A stretch of DNA of 64,000 nt, from the NCBI GenBank assembly GCA_964057225.1, contig OZ059895.1, positions 22,692,001 through 22,756,000 on the forward strand, given 5' to 3'. Shown here in pieces: positions 1 through 10,700 of the stretch (the first letter of the stretch is position 1; each line of letters starts with the position of its first letter). Below the pieces are notes generated by a model. That model searched no databases, was not told where the DNA came from, and saw only the letters and a list, made by a program, of their open reading frames with translations. The DNA is from Auanema rhodensis. Lineage: Eukaryota > Animalia > Nematoda. The position numbers and the translations under genes were made by a program.

Positions 1-79
1 ATATCCTCGATTTTCACCCTGAAGAATTAATTTTTTCGTTGAATAACAATGTCCATCGTCTTTGCCTTGAAAAAAGGAA

Positions 80-151
80 TCTAAAAACATCTACTTTTCG
101 CTAAATTATTTTGAAATTTTTCGAAAAAATTTTTGTCAAAATGTTTTTGGA
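80..151. repeat. Nested inverted repeats in the A/T-tract region of the monomer (recurs in each copy, with SNP variants)
   Basis: Palindrome TTTTTCGAAAAA at 117-128; ATTTTGA (108-114) / TCAAAAT (136-142); AAAAACAT (83-90) / ATGTTTTT (141-148). Confidence 0.85.
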
Positions 152-155
152 AGCA

Positions 156-183
156 ATGTTGAGTGTACATGGAAACTCAACAT
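156..183. repeat. Perfect 9-bp inverted repeat with 10-nt loop (recurs in each monomer)
   Basis: ATGTTGAGT (156-164) and ACTCAACAT (175-183) are exact reverse complements; loop GTACATGGAA. Confidence 0.92.
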
Positions 184-251
184 ACACTAATGCATCATTT
201 TTCAAACGATCATAACTAATTTTCGTATTAAGCGTTTCTCAATGTAGTATA

Positions 252-321
252 GTGCATTCGATGCGGATTTTTAAGCTGCGTCGATCTGTGTTATCAGATT
301 TGCGCTAGCTTAAAAATGCAC
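252..321. repeat. Long imperfect inverted repeat (recurs in each monomer)
   Basis: ATTTTTAAGCT (267-277) / AGCTTAAAAAT (307-317); inner GCG/CGC and ATCTG (284-288) / CAGAT (295-299); outer GTGCATT (252-258) / AATGCAC (315-321). Confidence 0.92.
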
Positions 322-685
322 CGAGATATCAACTGATATATGTTCACACTTATATCCTCGATTTTCACCCTGAAGAATTAATTTTTTCGTTGAATAACAA
401 TGTCCATCGTCTTTGCCTTGAAAAAAGGAATCTAAAAACATCTACTTTTTGCTAAATTATTTTGAAATTTTTCGAAAAAATTTTTGTCAAAATGTTTTTG
501 GAAGCAATGTTGAGTGTACATGGAAACTCAACATACACTAATGCATCATTTTTCAAACGATCATAACTAATTTTTGTATTAAGCGTTTCTCAATGTAGTA
601 TAGTGCATTCGATGCGGATTTTTAAGCTGCAATGATCTGTGTTATCAGATTTGCGCTAGCTTAAAAATGCACCGAGATATCAACT

Positions 686-707
686 GATATAAGTTCACAC
701 TTATATC
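686..707. repeat. 9-bp inverted repeat with 4-nt loop (monomer positions 335-356); perfect in monomers carrying A341
   Basis: GATATAAGT-TCAC-ACTTATATC. The T341 allele (GATATATGT) has one mismatch. It overlaps a second dyad ATATCA-AC-TGATAT. Confidence 0.88.
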
Positions 708-1053
708 CTCGATTTTCACCCTGAAGAATTAATTTTTTCGTTGAATAACAATGTCCATCGTCTTTGCCTTGAAAAAAGAAATCTAAAAACATCTACTTTT
801 TGCTAAATTATTTTGAAATTTTTCGAAAAAATTTTTGTCAAAATGTTTTTGGAAGCAATGTTGAGTGTACATGGAAACTCAACATACACTAATGCATCAT
901 TTTTCAAACGATCATAACTAATTTTTGTATTAAGCGTTTCTCAATGTAGTATAGTGCATTCGATGCAGATTTTTAAGCTGCGTCGATCTGTGTTATCAGA
1001 TTTGCGCTAGCTTAAAAATGCACCGAGATATCAACTGATATATGTTCACACTT

Positions 1054-4000
1054 ATATCCTCGATTTTCACCCTGAAGAATTAATTTTTTCGTTGAATAAC
1101 AATGTCCATCGTCTTTGCCTTGAAAAAAGGAATCTAAAAACATCTACTTTTTGCTAAATTATTTTGAAATTTTTCGAAAAAATTTTTGTCAAAATGTTTT
1201 TGGAAGCAATGTTGAGTGTACATGGAAACTCAACATACACTAATGCATCATTTTTCAAACGATCATAACTAATTTTTGTATTAAGCGTTTCTCAACGTAG
1301 TATAGTGCATTCGATGCGGATTTTTAAGCTGCGTCGATCTGTTTTATCAGATTTGCGCTAGCTTAAAAATGCACCGAGATATCAACTGATATAAGTTCAC
1401 ACTTATATCCTCGATTTTCACTCTGAAGAATTAATTTTTTCGTTGAATAACAATGTCCATCGTCTTTGCCTTGAAAAAACAAATCTAAAAACATCTACTT
1501 TTTGCTAAATTATTTTGAAATTTTTCGAAAAAATTTTTGTCAAAATGTTTTTGGAAGCAATGTTGAGTGTACATGGAAACTCAACATACACTAATGCATC
1601 ATTTTTCAAACGATCATAACTAATTTTTGTATTAAGCGTTTCTCAATGTAGTATAGTGCATTCGATGCGGATTTTTAAGCTGCGTCGATCTGTTTTATCA
1701 GATTTGCGCTAGCTTAAAAATGCACCGAGATATCAACTGATATAAGTTCACACTTATATCCTCGATTTTCACCCTGAAGAATTAATTTTTTCGTTGAATA
1801 ACAATGTCCATCGTCTTTGCCTTGAAAAAAGGAATCTAAAAACATCTACTTTTCGCTAAATTATTTTGAAATTTTTCGAAAAAATTTTTGTCAAAATGTT
1901 TTTGGAAGCAATGTTGAGTGTACATGGAAACTCAACATACACTAATGCATCATTTTTCAAACGATCATAACTAATTTTCGTATTAAGCGTTTCTCAATGT
2001 AGTATAGTGCATTCGATGCGGATTTTTAAGCTGCGTCGATCTGTGTTATCAGATTTGCGCTAGCTTAAAAATGCACCGAGATATCAACTGATATATGTTC
2101 ACACTTATATCCTCGATTTTCACCCTGAAGAATTAATTTTTTCGTTGAATAACAATGTCCATCGTCTTTGCCTTGAAAAAAGGAATCTAAAAACATCTAC
2201 TTTTTGCTAAATTATTTTGAAATTTTTCGAAAAAATTTTTGTCAAAATGTTTTTGGAAGCAATGTTGAGTGTACATGGAAACTCAACATACACTAATGCA
2301 TCATTTTTCAAACGATCATAACTAATTTTTGTATTAAGCGTTTCTCAATGTAGTATAGTGCATTCGATGCGGATTTTTAAGCTGCGTCGTTCTGTGTTAT
2401 CAGATTTGCGCTAGCTTAAAAATGCACCGAGATATCAACTGATATAAGTTCACACTTATATCCTCGATTTTCACCCTGAAGAATTAATTTTTTCGTTGAA
2501 TAACAATGTCCATCGTCTTTGCCTTGAAAAAAAAAATCTAAAAACATCTACTTTTTGCTAAATTATTTTGAAATTTTTCGAAAAAATTTTTGTCAAAATG
2601 TTTTTAGAAGCAATGTTGAGTGTACATGGAAACTCAACATACACTAATGCATCATTTTTCAAACGATCATAACTAATTTTTGTATTAAGCGTTTCTCAAT
2701 GTAGTATAGTGCATTCGATGCGGATTTTTAAGCTGCAATGATCTGTGTTATCAGATTTGCGCTAGCTTAAAAATGCACCGAGATATCAACTGATATAAGT
2801 TCACACTTATATCCTCGATTTTCACCCTGAAGAATTAATTTTTTCGTTGAATAACAATGTCCATCGTCTTTGCCTTGAAAAAAGAAATCTAAAAACATCT
2901 ACTTTTTGCTAAATTATTTTGAAATTTTTCGAAAAAATTTTTGTCAAAATGTTTTTGGAAGCAATGTTGAGTGTACATGGAAACTCAACATACACTAATG
3001 CATCATTTTTCAAACGATCATAACTAATTTTTGTATTAAGCGTTTCTCAATGTAGTATAGTGCATTCGATGCGGATTTTTAAGCTGCAATGATCTGTGTT
3101 ATCAGATTTGCGCTAGCTTAAAAATGCACCGAGATATCAACTGATATATGTTCACACTTATATCCTCGATTTTCACCCTGAAGAATTAATTTTTTCGTTG
3201 AATAACAATGTTCATCGTCTTTGCCTTGAAAAAAGGAATCTAAAAACATCTACTTTTTGCTAAATTATTTTGAAATTTTTCGAAAAAATTTTTGTCAAAA
3301 TGTTTTTGGAAGCAATGTTGAGTGTACATGGAAACTCAACATACACTAATGCATCATTTTTCAAACGATCATAACTAATTTTTGTATTAAGCGTTTCTCA
3401 ATGTAGTATAGTGCATTCGATGCGGATTTTTAAGCTGCGTCGATCTGTGTTATCAGATTTGCGCTAGCTTAAAAATGCACCGAGATATCAACTGATATAT
3501 GTTCACACTTATATCCTCGATTTTCACCCTGAAGAATTAATTTTTTCGTTGAATAACAATGTCCATCGTCTTTGCCTTGAAAAAAGGAATCTAAAAACAT
3601 CTACTTTTTGCTAAATTATTTTGAAATTTTTCGAAAAAATTTTTGTCAAAATGTTTTTGGAAGCAATGTTGAGTGTACATGGAAACTCAACATACACTAA
3701 TGCATCATTTTTCAAACGATCATAACTAATTTTTGTATTAAGCGTTTCTCAACGTAGTATAGTGCATTCGATGCGGATTTTTAAGCTGCGTCGATCTGTT
3801 TTATCAGATTTGCGCTAGCTTAAAAATGCACCGAGATATCAACTGATATAAGTTCACACTTATATCCTCGATTTTCACTCTGAAGAATTAATTTTTTCGT
3901 TGAATAACAATGTCCATCGTCTTTGCCTTGAAAAAACAAATCTAAAAACATCTACTTTTTGCTAAATTATTTTGAAATTTTTCGAAAAAATTTTTGTCAA

Positions 4001-5967
4001 AATGTTTTTGGAAGCAATGTTGAGTGTACATGGAAACTCAACATACACTAATGCATCATTTTTCAAACGATCATAACTAATTTTTGTATTAAGCGTTTCT
4101 CAATGTAGTATAGTGCATTCGATGCGGATTTTTAAGCTGCGTCGATCTGTTTTATCAGATTTGCGCTAGCTTAAAAATGCACCGAGATATCAACTGATAT
4201 AAGTTCACACTTATATCCTCGATTTTCACCCTGAAGAATTAATTTTTTCGTTGAATAACAATGTCCATCGTCTTTGCCTTGAAAAAAGGAATCTAAAAAC
4301 ATCTACTTTTCGCTAAATTATTTTGAAATTTTTCGAAAAAATTTTTGTCAAAATGTTTTTGGAAGCAATGTTGAGTGTACATGGAAACTCAACATACACT
4401 AATGCATCATTTTTCAAACGATCATAACTAATTTTCGTATTAAGCGTTTCTCAATGTAGTATAGTGCATTCGATGCGGATTTTTAAGCTGCGTCGATCTG
4501 TGTTATCAGATTTGCGCTAGCTTAAAAATGCACCGAGATATCAACTGATATATGTTCACACTTATATCCTCGATTTTCACCCTGAAGAATTAATTTTTTC
4601 GTTGAATAACAATGTCCATCGTCTTTGCCTTGAAAAAAGGAATCTAAAAACATCTACTTTTTGCTAAATTATTTTGAAATTTTTCGAAAAAATTTTTGTC
4701 AAAATGTTTTTGGAAGCAATGTTGAGTGTACATGGAAACTCAACATACACTAATGCATCATTTTTCAAACGATCATAACTAATTTTTGTATTAAGCGTTT
4801 CTCAATGTAGTATAGTGCATTCGATGCGGATTTTTAAGCTGCGTCGTTCTGTGTTATCAGATTTGCGCTAGCTTAAAAATGCACCGAGATATCAACTGAT
4901 ATAAGTTCACACTTATATCCTCGATTTTCACCCTGAAGAATTAATTTTTTCGTTGAATAACAATGTCCATCGTCTTTGCCTTGAAAAAAGAAATCTAAAA
5001 ACATCTACTTTTTGCTAAATTATTTTGAAATTTTTCGAAAAAATTTTTGTCAAAATGTTTTTAGAAGCAATGTTGAGTGTACATGGAAACTCAACATACA
5101 CTAATGCATCATTTTTCAAACGATCATAACTAATTTTTGTATTAAGCGTTTCTCAATGTAGTATAGTGCATTCGATGCGGATTTTTAAGCTGCAATGATC
5201 TGTGTTATCAGATTTGCGCTAGCTTAAAAATGCACCGAGATATCAACTGATATAAGTTCACACTTATATCCTCGATTTTCACCCTGAAGAATTAATTTTT
5301 TCGTTGAATAACAATGTCCATCGTCTTTGCCTTGAAAAAAGAAATCTAAAAACATCTACTTTTTGCTAAATTATTTTGAAATTTTTCGAAAAAATTTTTG
5401 TCAAAATGTTTTTGGAAGCAATGTTGAGTGTACATGGAAACTCAACATACACTAATGCATCATTTTTCAAACGATCATAACTAATTTTTGTATTAAGCGT
5501 TTCTCAATGTAGTATAGTGCATTCGATGCGGATTTTTAAGCTGCAATGATCTGTGTTATCAGATTTGCGCTAGCTTAAAAATGCACCGAGATATCAACTG
5601 ATATATGTTCACACTTATATCCTCGATTTTCACCCTGAAGAATTAATTTTTTCGTTGAATAACAATGTTCATCGTCTTTGCCTTGAAAAAAGGAATCTAA
5701 AAACATCTACTTTTTGCTAAATTATTTTGAAATTTTTCGAAAAAATTTTTGTCAAAATGTTTTTGGAAGCAATGTTGAGTGTACATGGAAACTCAACATA
5801 CACTAATGCATCATTTTTCAAACGATCATAACTAATTTTTGTATTAAGCGTTTCTCAATGTAGTATAGTGCATTCGATGCGGATTTTTAAGCTGCGTCGA
5901 TCTGTGTTATCAGATTTGCGCTAGCTTAAAAATGCACCGAGATATCAACTGATATAAGTTCACACTT
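1054..5967. repeat. 7-mer higher-order repeat (2457 bp), two copies
   Basis: Rare SNPs CAACGT at 1296/3753 and CACTCTG at 1422/3879 are exactly 2457 bp apart; subtype order of monomers 4-10 matches 11-17. Confidence 0.9.
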
Positions 5968-7722
5968 ATATCCTCGATTTTCACCCTGAAGAATTAATTT
6001 TTTCGTTGAATAACAATGTTCATCGTCTTTGCCTTGAAAAAAGGAATCTAAAAACATCTACTTTTTGCTAAATTATTCTGAAATTTTTCGAAAAAATTTT
6101 TGTCAAAATGTTTTTGGAAGCAATGTTGAGTGTACATGGAAACTCAACATACACTAATGCATCATTTTTCAAACGATCATAACTAATTTTTGTATTAAGC
6201 GTTTCTCAATGTAGTATAGTGCATTCGATGCGGATTTTTAAGCTGCGTCGATCTGTGTTATCAGATTTGCGCTAGCTTAAAAATGCACCGAGATATCAAC
6301 TGATATAAGTTCACACTTATATCCTCGATTTTCACCCTGAAGAATTAATTTTTTCGTTGAATAACATCGTCCATCGTCTTTGCCTTAAAAAAAGGAATCT
6401 AAAAACATCTACTTTTTGCTAAATTATCTTGAAATTTTTTGAAAAAATTTTTGTCAAAATGTTTTTGGAAGCAATGTTGAGTGTACATGGAAACTCAACA
6501 TACACTAATGCATCATTTTTCAAACGATCATAACTAATTTTTGTATTGAGCGTTTCTCAATGTAGTATAGTGCATTCGATGCGGATTTTTAAGCTGCGTC
6601 GATCTGTTTTATCAGATTTGCGCTAGCTTAAAAATGCACCGAGATATCAACTGATATAAGTTCACACTTATATCCTCGATTTTCACCCTGAAGAATTGAT
6701 TTTTTCGTTGAATAACAATGTCCATCGTCTTTGCCTTGAAAAAACAAATCTAAAAACATCTACTTTTTGCTAAATTATTTTGAAATTTTTCGAAAAAATT
6801 TTTGTCAAAATGTTTTTGGAAGCAATGTTGAGTGTACATGGAAACTCAACATACACTAATGCATCATTTTTCAAACGATCATAACTAATTTTTGTATTAA
6901 GCGTTTCTCAATGTAGTATAGTGCATTCGATGCGGATTTTTAAGCTGCGTCGATCTGTTTTATCAGATTTGCGCTAGCTTAAAAATGCACCGAGATATCA
7001 ACTGATATAAGTTCACACTTATATCCTCGATTTTCACCCTGAAGAATTAATTTTTTCGTTGAATAACAATGTCCATCGTCTTTGCCTTGAAAAAAGGAAT
7101 CTAAAAACATCTACTTTTTGCTAAATTATTTTGAAATTTTTCGAAAAAATTTTTGTCAAAATGTTTTTGGAAGCAATGTTGAGTGTACATGGAAACTCAA
7201 CATACACTAATGCATCATTTTTCAAACGATCATAACTAATTTTCGTATTAAGCGTTTCTCAATGTAGTATAGTGCATTCGATGCGAATTTTTAAGCTGCG
7301 TCGATCTGTGTTATCAGATTTGCGCTAGCTTAAAAATGCACCGAGATATCAACTGATATATGTTCACACTTATATCCTCGATTTTCACCCTGAAGAATTA
7401 ATTTTTTCGTTGAATAACAATGTCCATCGTCTTTGCCTTGAAAAAAGGAATCTAAAAACATCTACTTTTTGCTAAATTATTTTGAAATTTTTCGAAAAAA
7501 TTTTTGTCAAAATGTTTTTGGAAGCAATGTTGAGTGTACATGGAAACTCAACATACACTAATGCATCATTTTTCAAACGATCATAACTAATTTTTGTATT
7601 AAGCGTTTCTCAATGTAGTATAGTGCATTCGATGCGGATTTTTAAGCTGCAATGATCTGTGTTATCAGATTTGCGCTAGCTTAAAAATGCACCGAGATAT
7701 CAACTGATATGTGTTCACACTT

Positions 7723-10700
7723 ATATCCTCGATTTTCACCCTGAAGAATTAATTTTTTCGTTGAATAACAATGTTCATCGTCTTTGCCTTGAAAAAAGGA
7801 ATCTAAAAACATCTACTTTTTGCTAAATTATTTTGAAATTTTTCGAAAAAACTTTTGTCAAAATGTTTTTGGAAGCAATGTTGAGTGTACATGGAAACTC
7901 AACATACACTAATGCATCATTTTTCAAACGATCATAACTAATTTTTGTATTAAGCGTTTCTCAATGTAGTATAGTGCATTCGATGCGGATTTTTGAGCTG
8001 CGTCGATCTGTGTTATCAGATTTGCGCTAGCTTAAAAATGCACCGAGATATCAACTGATATAAGTTCACACTTATATCCTCGATTTTCACCCTGAAGAAT
8101 TAATTTTTTCGTTGAATAACAATGTTCATCGTCTTTGCCTTGAAAAAAGGAATCTAAAAACATCTACTTTTTGCTCAATTATTCTGAAATTTTTCGAAAA
8201 AATTTTTGTCAAAATGTTTTTGGAAGCAATGTTGAGTGTACATGGAAACTCAACATACACTAATGCATCATTTTTCAAACGATCATAACTAATTTTTGTA
8301 TCAAGCGTTTCTCAATGTAGTATAGTGCATTCGATGCGGATTTTTAAGCTGCGTCGATCTGTGTTATCAGATTTGCGCTAGCTTAAAAATGCACCGAGAT
8401 ATCAACTGATATAAGTTCACACTTATATCCTCGATTTTCACCCTGAAGAATTAATTTTTTCGTTGAATAACATCGTCCATCGTCTTTGCCTTAAAAAAAG
8501 GAATCTAAAAACATCTACTTTTTGCTAAATTATCTTGAAATTTTTTGAAAAAATTTTTGTCAAAATGTTTTTGGAAGCAATGTTGAGTGTACATGGAAAC
8601 TCAACATACACTAATGCATCATTTTTCAAACGATCATAACTAATTTTTGTATTAAGCGTTTCTCAATGTAGTATAGTGCATTCGATGCGGATTTTTAAGC
8701 TGCGTCCATCTGTGTTATCAGATTTGCGCTAGCTTAAAAATGCACCGAGATATCAACTGATATATGTTCACACTTATATCCTCGATTTTCACCCTGAAGA
8801 ATTAATTTTTTCGTTGAATAACAATGTTCATCGTCTTTGCCTTGAAAAAAGGAATCTAAAAACATCTACTTTTTGCTAAATTATTTTGAAATTTTTCGAA
8901 AAAACTTTTGTCAAAATGTTTTTGGAAGCAATGTTGAGTGTACATGGAAACTCAACATACACTAATGCATCATTTTTCAAACGATCATAACTAATTTTTG
9001 TATTAAGCGTTTCTCAATGTAGTATAGTGCATTCGATGCGGATTTTTAAGCTGCGTCGATCTGTGTTATCAGATTTGCGCTAGCTTAAAAATGCACCGAG
9101 ATATCAACTGATATAAGTTCACACTTATATCCTCGATTTTCACCCTGAAGAATTAATTTTTTCGTTGAATAACAATGTTCATCGTCTTTGCCTTGAAAAA
9201 AGGAATCTAAAAACATCTACTTTTTGCTAAATTATTCTGAAATTTTTCGAAAAAATTTTTGTCAAAATGTTTTTGGAAGCAATGTTGAGTGTACATGGAA
9301 ACTCAACATACACTAATGCATCATTTTTCAAACGATCATAACTAATTTTTGTATTAAGCGTTTCTCAATGTAGTATAGTGCATTCGATGCGGATTTTTAA
9401 GCTGCGTCGATCTGTGTTATCAGATTTGCGCTAGCTTAAAAATGCACCGAGATATCAACTGATATAAGTTCACACTTATATCCTCGATTTTCACCCTGAA
9501 GAATTAATTTTTTCGTTGAATAACATCGTCCATCGTCTTTGCCTTAAAAAAAGGAATCTAAAAACATCTACTTTTTGCTAAATTATCTTGAAATTTTTTG
9601 AAAAAATTTTTGTCAAAATGTTTTTGGAAGCAATGTTGAGTGTACATGGAAACTCAACATACACTAATGCATCATTTTTCAAACGATCATAACTAATTTT
9701 TGTATTAAGCGTTTCTCAATGTAGTATAGTGCATTCGATGCGGATTTTTAAGCTGCGTCGATCTGTGTTATCAGATTTGCGCTAGCTTAAAAATGCACCG
9801 AGATATCAACTGATATATGTTCACACTTATATCCTCGATTTTCACCCTGAAGAATTAATTTTTTCGTTGAATAACAATGTTCATCGTCTTTGCCTTGAAA
9901 AAAGGAATCTAAAAACATCTACTTTTTGCTAAATTATTTTGAAATTTTTCGAAAAAACTTTTGTCAAAATGTTTTTGGAAGCAATGTTGAGTGTACATGG
10001 AAACTCAACATACACTAATGCATCATTTTTCAAACGATCATAACTAATTTTTGTATTAAGCGTTTCTCAATGTAGTATAGTGCATTCGATGCGGATTTTT
10101 AAGCTGCGTCGATCTGTGTTACCAGATTTGCGCTAGCTTAAAAATGCACCGAGATATCAACTGATATAAGTTCACACTTATATCCTCGATTTTCACCCTG
10201 AAGAATTAATTTTTTCGTTGAATAACAATGTTCATCGTCTTTGCCTTGAAAAAAGGAATCTAAAAACATCTACTTTTTGCTAAATTATTCTGAAATTTTT
10301 CGAAAAAATTTTTGTCAAAATGTTTTTGGAAGCAATGTTGAGTGTACATGGAAACTCAACATACACTAATGCATCATTTTTCAAACGATCATAACTAATT
10401 TTTGTATTAAGCGTTTCTCAATGTAGTATAGTGCATTCGATGCGGATTTTTAAGCTGCGTCGATCTGTGTTATCAGATTTGCGCTAGCTTAAAAATGCAC
10501 CGAGATATCAACTGATATAAGTTCACACTTATATCCTCGATTTTCACCCTGAAGAATTAATTTTTTCGTTGAATAACATCGTCCATCGTCTTTGCCTTAA
10601 AAAAAGGAATCTAAAAACATCTACTTTTTGCTAAATTATCTTGAAATTTTTTGAAAAAATTTTTGTCAAAATGTTTTTGGAAGCAATGTTGAGTGTACAT

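Larger units (their letters stand above)
1..351 (+). repeat. Representative 351-bp monomer (arbitrary phase)
   Basis: Next copy starts at 352. 112/351 G+C by hand count. Single EcoRV (GATATC), NheI (GCTAGC), BsrGI (TGTACA) and NsiI (ATGCAT) sites in this copy. Confidence 0.98.

Noticed and set aside
34-50. CENP-B box (TTTCGTTGAATAACAAT versus CTTCGTTGGAAACGGGA)
   Set aside because: Only the TTCG...A half matches; the essential CGGG is missing.
70-148. Helically phased A-tracts giving strong intrinsic curvature
   Set aside because: A/T tracts are dense but irregularly spaced (about 6-14 bp) rather than at 10-11 bp; this needs a curvature model or gel-mobility test.
267-317. Rho-independent terminator or bacterial REP element
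   Set aside because: No genes or prokaryotic context; the stem is AT-rich and part of the satellite unit.
1-351. 5S rDNA, tRNA, snRNA or spliced-leader tandem gene unit
   Set aside because: I recognise no 5S, tRNA cloverleaf, Pol III A/B box or SL leader sequence, and frequent T-runs on both strands would terminate Pol III. An Infernal/Rfam scan would be the formal test.
1-351. Monomer as a diverged dimer of about 175-bp subunits
   Set aside because: Only weak AT-rich similarity (positions about 11-40 versus 198-229) at an offset that does not equal half the unit; not convincing by eye.
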